A DNA stretch of 64,000 bases from contig NIVC01002260.1 of the NCBI GenBank assembly GCA_002269645.1, positions 79,386 to 143,385 on the forward strand. The letters are read 5' to 3'. This stretch comes from Macrostomum lignano. Taxonomy: Eukaryota. Shown here piece after piece: positions 25,576 through 37,200 of this stretch. Numbering within the stretch: position 1 is the stretch's first letter; every line of letters starts with the position of its first letter. The notes below the pieces were generated by a model that was not told the origin of the DNA, did not search any database, and saw nothing but the letters and a program-made list of their open reading frames with translations. A program made the position numbers and the translations under genes.

Positions 25576-28475
25576 ACCTGCCAAGCTCCACTACCGATCG
25601 ACATCACGGATGCCGCGGCTGCGTCCACCGTCCTCGGCCAGGCGGACCTGGTGCCCGGCCAGGTCCCGCCAGCTTGCCATGCCCGGTGAGTCTGCGTGAG
25701 TCTGTGAGTGAATCTGAGTCTGCCCTGCTCTGCGTCATGTAAAATAATGAGCTGCTCATTCATACTCAGCTCTGCCCCATGTCCGTATTTGCTTTTCTCC
25801 CCAATCCCAATTGTATTTTCTGAGGGATGCTGAAGAGAGTGAACACACTGGCACACAGCAGACTGGCACACTTCAGACTGGCACACAGCAGACTGGCACA
25901 CAGCAGACTGACATACAGCAGACTGGCACACAGATCAGACTGGCATGCAGCAGACTGGCACACAGCAGACTGGCACACAGCAGACTGGCACACAGCAGAC
26001 TGGCACACAGCAGACTGGCATGCAGCAGACTGGCACACAGCAGACTGGCATGCAGCAGACTGGCATGCAACACTCTCACAACTGCAGAAATTTCCTCGGA
26101 GGAGCCGCTGCCCGCCCTGTCCAGCAACCGGCACTGCAGTTCCAAGCCGCAGAAGCCGGTTAACCCCCCGCCGCCAGTTGAGCCCAGCATCTCGCCGGCT
26201 GCCGAGGAGGCGCTGCAGGAGGAGCCGTCACTGTCGGAAATTCCCGAGGAGTCGCCTCAGCCGCCACCGCCGCCGAGAAAGAAACCTGCGAAAAAGGAGG
26301 GCCTGGACTTCTCCTACCTGAAAGACGGCCTGACGGCTGACGGCCCGCAGGATCCGGAGGAGAAGGAAGCGCGGAAGTGAGATGGCCGCAGATGAGCTGG
26401 AACCTGACCCACTCAGTCCTGACCCACTCAGTCCTGACCCACTCACCCCTGACCCACTCACCCCTGACCCACTCACCCCTGACCCACTCACCCCTGACCC
26501 ACTCACCCTTGACCCACTCACCCCTGACCCACTCACCCCTGACCCACTCACCCCAAACCCACTTACCCCTGACCCACTCACCCCTGACCCACTCACCCCT
26601 GACCCACTCACCCCTGACCCACTCACCCCTGACCCACTCACCCATAACCCACTCACCCATGACCCACTCACCCCTGACCCACTCACCCCTGACCCAATCA
26701 CCCTGACCCAATCACCCCTGACCCACTCACCCCTGACCCACTCACCCCTGACCCACACACTCCCAACCCACTCACCCCTGACCCACTCACCCCTGACCCA
26801 CACACTCCCAACCCACTCACCCATGACCCACTCACTCCCAACCCACTCACCCATGACCCACTCACCCCGACCCACTCACCCTGACCCACTCACCCTAACC
26901 CACTCAGTCCTATCTCACTCAGTCCTAACTCACTCAGTCCTAACCCACTCACCCCTGACCCACTCACCCCTGACCCACTCACCCCTGACCCACTCACCCA
27001 TAACCCACTCACCCATGACCCACACACTCCCAACCCACTCACCCATAACCCACTCACCCCTGACCCACACACTCCCAACCCACTCACCAATGACCCACTC
27101 ACTCCCAACCCACTCACCCATGACCCACTCACTCCCAACCCACTCACCCATGACCCACACACTCCCAACCCACTCACCCATAACCCACTCACCCATGACC
27201 CACACACTCCCAACCCACTCACCCATGACCCACTCACTCCCAACCCACTCACCCCTGACCCACTCACCCCTGACCCACTCACCCCTGACCCACTCACCCC
27301 TGACCCACTCACCCCTGACCCACTCACCCCTGACCCACTCACCCCAAACCCACTTACCCCTGACCCACACACTCCCAACCCACTCACCCCTGACCCACAC
27401 ACTTCCAACCCACTCACCCCTGACCCACTCACCCCTTACCCACTCACCCCTGACCCACTCACCCTGACCCACTCACCCCTAACCCACTCACCCCTGACCC
27501 ACTCACCCCTGACCCACTCACCCCTGACCCACACACTCCCAACCCACTCACTCATGACCCACTCACTCCCAACCCACTCACCCCTGACCCACTCACCCAT
27601 GACCCACTCACTCCCAACCCACTCACCCATGACCCACACACTCCCAACCCACTCACCCATAACCCACTCACCCATGACCCACTCACCCCTTACCCACTCA
27701 CCCCTGACCCACTCACCCCTGACCCACTCACCCCTAACCCACTCACCCCTGACCCACTCACCCCTGACCCACTCACCCCTGACCCACACACTCCCAACCC
27801 ACTCACCCATGACCCACTCACTCCCAACCCACTCACCCCTGACCCACTCACCCATGACCCACTCACTCCCAACCCACTCACCCATGACCCACTCACTCCC
27901 AACCCACTCACCCCTGACCCACACACTCCCAACCCACTCACCCCTGACCCACTCACCCCTGACCCACTCACCCCTGACCCACTCACCCCTGACCCACTCA
28001 CCCCTGACCCACTCACCCCTTACCCACTCACCCCTGACCCACTCACCCATAACCCACTCACCCCTGACCCACTCACCCATAACCCACTCACCCATAACCC
28101 ACTCACCCATGACCCACTCACTCCCAACCCAATCGCACCGACCCGCAGAGCAGCGCTGGGGTCGGTGGAGGCCGCACTCAAGGTCGCGCAGGCCCGAGCC
28201 GATCGCCTCGCCGAGTTGGCGGCGGATTCGACCGGTGACGCTCGCGGCCGCTGCGCCACGCTGGAGGAGGCCCGCAAGCTCAAGCAGTGCATCGCCGGCC
28301 TGGGCGAGATTTTGAGCTGCCTCCGCCGCAGGCAGCCAGCCGTCTTGAGTCACAGGGAGACCGGGCGGTGCTGCGGCCCGCGGCTGGCCGACTGTCCGCA
28401 CAGCGGCCGAGACCGCCTGGCCGAGCTGCGGAGCCGCTACGAACGGAGCCTCCTGCTGACACCGGCTGACGTCAG
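25576..28475 (+). CDS. Partial multi-exon gene of unknown function (Pro/Glu-rich then helical region)
   Basis: Exons 25576-25685, 26088-26376, 28149-28475 have AG/GT borders and consistent phases (1, then 2); peptide ...EISSEEPLPALS...KKEGLDFSYLKDG...EAALKVAQARADRLAEL...; start and end not located. Confidence 0.45.
25850..26068. repeat. Intronic minisatellite, 15 bp unit cagactggcacacag
   Basis: About 14 copies. Confidence 0.92.
26400..28130. repeat. Intronic C-rich minisatellite, 15 bp unit acccactcacccctg
   Basis: More than 100 copies with variants. Confidence 0.97.
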
Positions 28476-28857
28476 GTGAGCTTGGGGCTCAGCCTCATCC
28501 TTGGCTCAGCCTCTCCCGTGCCTCATCCTTGGCTCAGTCATTTTGTAGTGTAGACACAAGCCTATTCACTCGCAGATGCAATCGATGCAGCTCCAGCTCT
28601 GCATGTCAGGCCAGGCTCCTACTCTTAAAACTTGTGTAACAGCCAAAGTTTCAGAGGTCAAGGCAACCAAACTGGCAATGAAAAATTGTCTTAGCTGGTA
28701 TTGAAATCGCTCAGTTTAGCCTTCTAGACATTTGCGTTTCTTTCTAAATAAATGCAGATGCGTCAGCTCTGTCCTTCCGTGTCAGATCCCGCGCTTTTTC
28801 TGTTGCTACCTGGTTTCTGCGCCTCGCCCCCCGTCAGTAAGCGTTGAAACTGCTGGA

Positions 28858-29485
28858 GTCTCATAGGAGTCCCATAGGTGATTCATAGGAGTCCCATAGG
28901 AGTCCCATAGGAGTCCCATAGGAGTCCCATAGGAGTCCCATAGGAGTCCCATAGGTGATTCATAGGAGTCCCATAGGAGTCCCATAGGAGTCCCATAGGA
29001 GTCCCATAGGAGTCCCATAGGAGTCCCATAGGTGATTCATAGGAGTCCCATAGGAGTCCCATAGGAGTCCCATAGGAGTCCCATAGGAGTCTCATAGGAG
29101 TCTCATAGGAGTCCCATAGGAGTCTCATAGGAGTCTCACAGGAATCCCACAGGAGTCCCATAGGAGTCCCATAGGAGTCCCATAGGAGTCTCATAGGAGT
29201 ATCACAGGAATCCCACAGGAGTCCCATAGGAGTCCCATAGGAATCCCATAGGAGTCCCATAGGAGTTTCATAGGAGTCTCACAGGAATCCCACAGGAGTC
29301 CCATAGGAATCCCATAGGAGTCCCATAGGAGTTTCATAGGAGTCTCACAGGAATCCCACAGGAGTCCCATAGGAGTCTCATAGGAATCCCACAGAAGTCT
29401 CATAGGACTCCCAAAGGAGTCTCATAGGAGTCTCATAGGAGATTCATAGGTGTCTCATAGGAATCTCATAGGAGACTCATAGGAG
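28858..29485. repeat. Minisatellite, 11 bp unit ataggagtccc
   Basis: About 55 copies. Confidence 0.95.
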
Positions 29486-29803
29486 ACAGTGGGATGGCAG
29501 GTAGCAGAGTCCCACCGAAGAGAATGGGATGCTTCAGAAAGAACTTTTTGCTTCATGTAGCCAGCGTGTTGATTTTTCCCAGGGATTCTCGGAGATTTGC
29601 CAGAGAAAATTTCACTGGCCTGAGGTTGTAAAGAGACGACCCGAGTCAGAACTCTGTTTCCCTATACAGATTTCCAGCTTGAGGTGTCCATGGATTTTGA
29701 TGGTCTTTAGCAGTTGCTGACGGCCAACTGAATTTTAAAATAAGCGGGAAAAACTCGTGCAGACTGGAAGCTGACGATGATGGCGAGGCTCGGGGGAGGG
29801 GCA

Positions 29804-29873
29804 GAGCTGCTCAGCGGTTAAGGCGTCCGACTCTCGGGCCACAGTAGCCCGGGTTCGATTCCACGTGTGGTTC
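29804..29873 (+). other. tRNA-like pol III head (SINE head or tRNA pseudogene)
   Basis: A-box-like gctcagcggttaag, B-box gggttcgattcc, 7 bp gagctgc/gtggttc stem; anticodon loop non-canonical. Confidence 0.3.
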
Positions 29874-30976
29874 AATTAATTTTGTGCGGAGTGTGTACAG
29901 CCTGGCGATGAGAAAGTCGGGACGCCTGTACAACCCGACTATGAGAAAGTCGGGATGGCTGTGTACAGCCTGGCGATGAGAAAGTCGCCTCCTCGCTGGC
30001 TGCTGCCAACCGAGCTGAACCGCCCCCTCCCCGCCTTCCAGCTGGCCGTTCGTCCACCTGATCGCCCCGGCCTGGCCGGCTCCACCCAGCGCCGCGGAGG
30101 CCTGCCGCTCGTTGGCCAACGACTGCGGGAGCGCCTGACGACCGAGGCACCTCGGCAACCTGGCCGCCCAGAAACTGAATTTTTTACAGACTGAGAAGTT
30201 CATTGCCGAATTACACTCGATTAACGGCCTTGGTTGCCAAGGGCAAAGCTTGGTTGGGGGCGATTTCAGTTTTCTTCTTATGCAATCACAGAGTCTCCAA
30301 AATGTGTTAATTCTTTGGTTGAATGTCGCAGGAAAATGTGGCATGAATTCCCCTGCAAGACTGAGCTGGTCAGATTTGTTGATATTGCTGACTTCGAATG
30401 CAGTCGCTTTCCAAACCGCAGATAGAAAGAGTGAAAAATTAAAGAAAAGTGTTCGCGAAAAAACTTTGAATCTTCAAACTACTACAAACTACGGAGTGGG
30501 CGCGCGGCGACAGTTGCCGAGCGGCAGTTGGCCAAAAACTCCCCGCTTTCGTTTAGAGCACTCGAAAATGAAGAGGCAGAGAATTTCTGCAAAACACTTC
30601 AACGTCGAGGAGTAGCGCGAGCGCACTTGAAGTTTTTCTCGAGTGACTCTCCGCTCGTGAAACCCGTGGCCTCGGGGAGTTCACCTGCGCTCCGGGTTTC
30701 AAACCGGTCCAAACCTGTTGCTGCTGCGGACTCGCCGCTGGCCACTCCCGAAGCGGCGCTGCCGCAACTTCAAGAGGATCTGCATCGATGGCCCCGCAGC
30801 TCCTGAGTAGCGAAGTTGGGCTAACAGAGTTCAGGCTGTGCCCGACTCACACCGGGTTGCTAGGCTGCGCTGGGCAGGGGGATGTTGCCCAGCTCTTGAA
30901 GCTCCCCCCCCCCGCGATCCTCGGACCCAGCTTTGCCGGCAGGTGCAGACCGAAGGCAGCTGAGAGTGCCGCTTCA

Positions 30977-31106
30977 CACCTGTGCATCGATAACGGAGGA
31001 GTCAGGGGCAGCCCGGACCCGCATTGTCTATAAATGATGCCGCTCCGAGACCCTCGGTAACAGTCAATTTGGAAGAAATCTGAAGCACCGGATACGCCAG
31101 GTAAGT
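30977..31106 (+). promoter_or_regulatory. Core promoter and non-coding first exon of gene A
   Basis: E-box-containing cacctgtgcatc 30977-30988, TATAAA 31029-31034, Inr-like cagtc about 31061, donor GTAAGT at 31101, acceptor at 31243 upstream of ATG 31251. Confidence 0.6.
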
Positions 31107-31250
31107 GAGCTGCCGCTAAATTCTGGTCAGGTAGCTGTAGGATTCTGTAGCGAAAGTCTGGTCAGGTAGGTGTGGGATTCTGTAGCGAAAGTCTGGTCAG
31201 GTAGCTGTAGGATTCTGTAGCTAACTCTGCTCCTACATTTCAGACTCAAA

Positions 31251-34200
31251 ATGCGTCTGACGGTGCTGCTTCTGCTCTCCGTTGTGGTGCTTCTGGCTCT
31301 CACTAGCGATGTTAGCGACGCCCGAAGATCGAAGCCGTGAGTATAGACCGAATTAGCTTTGCCAGTTACACTACTTAAAGCAGGCTAGTGTCTCAACTTG
31401 CTTGGATCAAGTTTGCTCATGTCGGCTTTCGCGAATAAATTTTCAGTCGCTGGGCCAGACGATGTTTTCGAAAGCTCGGAAAGACGGTGAAGCGTCTGAA
31501 AAAGCTGGCGAAGATCAGGAAGATCCGCGCTAGGAGGGCCAAAAGGTCCTGGGCAAAGCGCATGGTCGCATGTGAGTGCAGTCCCTAATGTATCTGTGCA
31601 GTGCATTGTCTATGGAACAAACTGTAACAAGCGAATGATTCCCGGCTCGATGCTCGACTTTCAGCCATCAAAAAGTGCGGTCGGAGGCGCTGCGGGAGGC
31701 GGCAGCGATGCGTCGTTCGGCTATCCAGGAGGAAGATTGGCCGAATCTCCCGCCGAATCGCCCGGTTACGACGCCGCTACCGCAAGAAGAAGGCCAAGAT
31801 CAATCGAAAGTTTCGAGCTGCCATTCGCCGCAGCTTGAAACGAGTGAAAACGGCGGCCGGTCGCAAAGCGCTCTCCAGCAAAAAGTCCAAGGCCAGAAAG
31901 GTTGTCAACAAGAGGAAGAAAAAGCTTCGCAGGCGAACTAGAAAACGACTGGTATCCCTGAAGCGGAAATTGCGCCGGGCTCGACGAGGGTCGAAGAGGT
32001 GCGTGTCCAGGAGACGCCGCAGCTCGCGAAGGAGACGTGGTGAGTATTCACTTTGTCGGCTGTATGAAAATACGGTGCAGTCTATGTGGCCCAATTCATA
32101 AAAAACATCGCTTTTACTTCCGATCCTACAGGCGTGCGGTGCGGCCGAAGACGCTGCAGCATTCGTCAGCGATGCGTCGCCCGACGATCCAGAAGACGAA
32201 TCCGACGAATCCGCCGCCGAATCTCCAAGCTGGGACGATCGTATCGCAAGAAGCGGGCTAAAATTAGCCGCAAGTTGCGCGCCGCCATTCGCCGCAGCTC
32301 TCGACGCGTCAAATCGCTGGCCGCATGCCAAAGGCTCTCCAAGAAGCGATCCAAGATCAGAAGGGCAGCCAATAAGCGAGTAAAGAAAGTTCGCAGGCGT
32401 TTTAGAAAGCGACTGGTATCCTTGAGACGCCGACTGAGAAGAGCACGAAGAGGATCAAGACGTTGCGTGTCTCGAAGGAGAAGACGCGGTAAGCCATGGA
32501 ATCTTTTTCGAGTAATAGACTAAAGTCACACACAGACACACATATATATATTTGCTCCTAAAGGTGTTCAATGTGGCCGAAGACGCTGCGGAAGACGTCA
32601 GCGATGCATTTCCCGACGATCGAGCAGAAGAATCCGCCGAATCCGAAACCGAATCTCCAAGGTAAGACGATCCTATCGAAAGAGACAGGCCAAAATCAGC
32701 CGAAAATTCCGCGCCGCCATTCGCCGGTATTCGCGATCGGTAAAGTCAGCAGCAGCACGTCAAAAACAAGCCAAAAAGAGGGCTAAGGCCAGAAAAATTG
32801 TCCGCAAGCGAACTAGAAAGCTTCGAAATCAAACTAAAAGAAGACTGCGATCTCTGAAGCGCAAATTGAGTAGAGCTCGGCGACAATCAAGAAGGTGCGT
32901 TTCACGAAGACTAATTAGATCCAGAAAAAGACGCTCCTTGAAACGCCGTGCCAACCAAAGAAGACGCTCAGCGAGAAGACGTGCCAACCGAAAGAGACGT
33001 GGCAGCAAGAGACGATCGAGGAGAAGCCGAAGACGTGCCAACCGAAAGAGACGTGGCAGCAAGAGACGATCGAGGAGAAGCCGAAGACGTGCCAACCGAA
33101 AGAGACGTGGCAGCAAGAGACGATCGAGGAGAAGCCGAAGACGCGCCAACCGAAAGAGACGTGGCAGCAAGAGACGATCTAGAAGAAGCCGAAGACGTGC
33201 GAACCGAAAGAGACGTGGCAGCAAGAGACGATCTAGGAGAAGCCGAAGACGTGCCACCCGAAGAAGTCGAAGAGCGAGAAGACGCGCCAACCGAAAGAGA
33301 CGTGGCAGCAAGAGACGATCGAGGAGAAGCCGAAGACGTGCCACCCGAAGAAGTCGAAGAGCGAGAAGACGCGCCAACCGAAAGAGACGTGGCAGCAAGA
33401 GACGATCTAGGAGAAGCCGAAGACGTGCCACCCGAAGAAGTCGAAGAGCGAGAAGACGCGCCAACCGAAAGAGACGTGGCAGCAAGAGACGATCTAGGAG
33501 AAGCCGAAGACGTGCCACCCGAAGAAGTCGAAGAGCGAGAAGACGCGCCAACCGAAAGAGACGTGGCAGCAAGAGACGATCGAGGAGAAGCCGAAGACGT
33601 GCCACCCGAAGAAGTCGAAGAGCGAGAAGACGCGCCAACCGAAAGAGACGTGGCAGCAAGAGGCGACCTAGAAGAAGAAGACGTGCGACCCGAAGAAGTC
33701 GAAGAGCGAGAAGACGCGCCAACCGAAAGAGACGTGGCAGTAGGAGACGATCTAGAAGAAGCAGAAAACGTGCCACTCGAAGAAGTCGAAGAGCGAGAAG
33801 ACGCGCCAACCGAAAGAGACGTGGCAGCAAGAGACGATTAAGGAGAAGCCGAAGACGTGCCAACCGAAAGAGACGTGGCAGCAAGAGACGATCTAGGAGA
33901 AGCCGAAGACGTGCCACCCGAAGAAGTCGAAGAGCGAGAAGACGCGCCAACCGAAAGAGACGTGGCAGCAAGAGACGATCGAGGAGAAGCCGAAGACGTG
34001 CCACCCGAAGAAGTCGAAGAGCGAGAAGACGCGCCAACCGAAAGAGACGTGGCAGCAAGAGGCGACCTAGAAGAAGAAGACGTGCGACCCGAAGAAGTCG
34101 AAGAGCGAGAAGACGCGCCAACCGAAAGAGACGTGGCAGCAAGAGACGATCTAGGAGAAGCCGAAGACGTGCCACCCGAAGAAGTCGAAGAGCGAGAAGA

Positions 34201-37200
34201 CGCGCCAACCGAAAGAGACGTGGCAGCAAGAGACGACCTAGAAGAAGAAGACGTGCGACCCGAAGAAGTCAAAGAGCGAGAAGACGCGCCAACCGAAAGA
34301 GACGTGGCAGCAAGAGACGATCGAGGAGAAGCCGAAGACGTGCCACCCGAAGAAGTCGAAGAGCGAGAAGACGCGCCAACCGAAAGAGACGTGGCACCAA
34401 GAGACGATCGAGGAGAAGCCGAAGACGTGCCACCCGAAGAAGTCGAAGAGCGAGAAGACGCGCCAACCGAAAGAGACGTGGCAGCAAGAGACGATCTAGG
34501 AGAAGCCGAAGACGTGCCACCCGAAGAAGTCGAAGAGCGAGAAGACGCGCCAACCGAAAGAGACGTGGCAGCAAGAGACGATCGAGGAGAAGCCGAAGAC
34601 GTGCCACCCGAAGAAGTCGAAGAGCGAGAAGACGCGCCAACCGAAAGAGACGTGGCAGCAAGAGGCGACCTAGAAGAAGAAGACGTGCGACCCGAAGAAG
34701 TCGAAGAGCGAGAAGACGCGCCAACCGAAAGAGACGTGGCAGTAGGAGACGATCTAGAAGAAGCAGAAAACGTGCCACTCGAAGAAGTCGAAGAGCGAGA
34801 AGACGCGCCAACCGAAAGACACGTGGCAGCAAGAGACGATTAAGGAGAAGCCGAAGACGTGCCAACCGAAAGAGACGTGGCAGCAAGAGACGATCTAGGA
34901 GAAGCCGAAGACGTGCCACCCGAAGAAGTCGAAGAGCGAGAAGACGCGCCAACCGAAAGAGACGTGGCAGCAAGAGACGATCGAGGAGAAGCCGAAGACG
35001 TGCCACCCGAAGAAGTCGAAGAGCGAGAAGACGCGCCAACCGAAAGAGACGTGGCAGCAAGAGGCGACCTAGAAGAAGAAGACGTGCGACCCGAAGAAGT
35101 CGAAGAGCGAGAAGACGTGCCAACCGAAAGAGACGTGGCAGCAAGAGACGATCGAGGAGAAGCCGAAGACGTGCCAACCGAAAGAGACGTGGCAGCAAGA
35201 GACGATCGAGGAGAAGCCGAAGACGTGCCAACCGAAAGAGACGTGGCAGCAAGAGACGATCGAGGAGAAGCCGAAGACGCGCCAACCGAAAGAGACGTGG
35301 CAGCAAGAGACGATCTAGAAGAAGCCGAAGACGTGCGAACCGAAAGAGACGTGGCAGCAAGAGACGATCTAGGAGAAGCCGAAGACGTGCCACCCGAAGA
35401 AGTCGAAGAGCGAGAAGACGCGCCAACCGAAAGAGACGTGGCAGCAAGAGACGATCGAGGAGAAGCCGAAGACGTGCCACCCGAAGAAGTCGAAGAGCGA
35501 GAAGACGCGCCAACCGAAAGAGACGTGGCAGCAAGAGGCGACCTAGAAGAAGAAGACGTGCGACCCGAAGAAGTCGAAGAGCGAGAAGACGCGCCAACCG
35601 AAAGAGACGTGGCAGTAGGAGACGATCTAGAAGAAGCAGAAAACGTGCCACTCGAAGAAGTCGAAGAGCGAGAAGACGCGCCAACCGAAAGACACGTGGC
35701 AGCAAGAGACGATTAAGGAGAAGCCGAAGACGTGCCAACCGAAAGAGACGTGGCAGCAAGAGACGATCTAGGAGAAGCCGAAGACGTGCCACCCGAAGAA
35801 GTCGAAGAGCGAGAAGACGCGCCAACCGAAAGAGACGTGGCAGCAAGAGACGATCGAGGAGAAGCCGAAGACGTGCCACCCGAAGAAGTCGAAGAGCGAG
35901 AAGACGCGCCAACCGAAAGAGACGTGGCAGCAAGAGGCGACCTAGAAGAAGAAGACGTGCGACCCGAAGAAGTCGAAGAGCGAGAAGACGCGCCAACCGA
36001 AAGAGACGTGGCACCAAGAGACGATCGAGGAGAAGCCGAAGACGTGCCACCCGAAGAAGTCGAAGAGCGAGAAGACGCGCCAACCGAAAGAGACGTGGCA
36101 CCAAGAGACGATCGAGGAGAAGCCGAAGACGTGCCACCCGAAGAAGTCGAAGAGCGAGAAGACGCGCCAACCGAAAGAGACGTGGCAGCAAGAGACGATC
36201 TAGGAGAAGCCGAAGACGTGCCACCCGAAGAAGTCGAAGAGCGAGAAGACGCGCCAACCGAAAGAGACGTGGCAGCAAGAGACGATCGAGGAGAAGCCGA
36301 AGACGTGCCACCCGAAGAAGTCGAAGAGCGAGAAGACGCGCCAACCGAAAGAGACGTGGCAGTAGGAGACGATCTAGAAGAAGCAGAAAACGTGCCACTC
36401 GAAGAAGTCGAAGAGCGAGAAGACGCGCCAACCGAAAGAGACGTGGCAGCAAGAGACGATTAAGGAGAAGCCGAAGACGTGCCAACCGAAAGAGACGTGG
36501 CAGCAAGAGACGATCGAGGAGAAGCCGAAGACGTGCCACCCGAAGAAGTCGAAGAGCGAGAAGACGCGCCAACCGAAAGAGACGTGGCAGCAAGAGACGA
36601 TCTAGGAGAAGCCGAAGACGTGCCACCCGAAGAAGTCGAAGAGCGAGAAGACGCGCCAACCGAAAGAGACGTGGCAGCAAGAGACGATCGAGGAGAAGCC
36701 GAAGACGTGCCACCCGAAGAAGTCGAAGAGCGAGAAGACGCGCCAACCGAAAGAGACGTGGCAGCAAGAGGCGACCTAGAAGAAGAAGACGTGCGACCCG
36801 AAGAAGTCGAAGAGCGAGAAGACGCGCCAACCGAAAGAGACGTGGCAGTAGGAGACGATCTAGAAGAAGCAGAAAACGTGCCACTCGAAGAAGTCGAAGA
36901 GCGAGAAGACGCGCCAACCGAAAGAGACGTGGCAGCAAGAGACGATTAAGGAGAAGCCGAAGACGTGCCAACCGAAAGAGACGTGGCAGCAAGAGACGAT
37001 CTAGGAGAAGCCGAAGACGTGCCACCCGAAGAAGTCGAAGAGCGAGAAGACGCGCCAACCGAAAGAGACGTGGCAGCAAGAGACGATCGAGGAGAAGCCG
37101 AAGACGTGCCACCCGAAGAAGTCGAAGAGCGAGAAGACGCGCCAACCGAAAGAGACGTGGCAGCAAGAGACGATCTAGGAGAAGCCGAAGACGTGCCAAC

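Noticed and set aside
29804-29873. Functional tRNA gene
   Set aside because: Anticodon loop only 3-5 nt and weak T stem; kept only as a tRNA-like head
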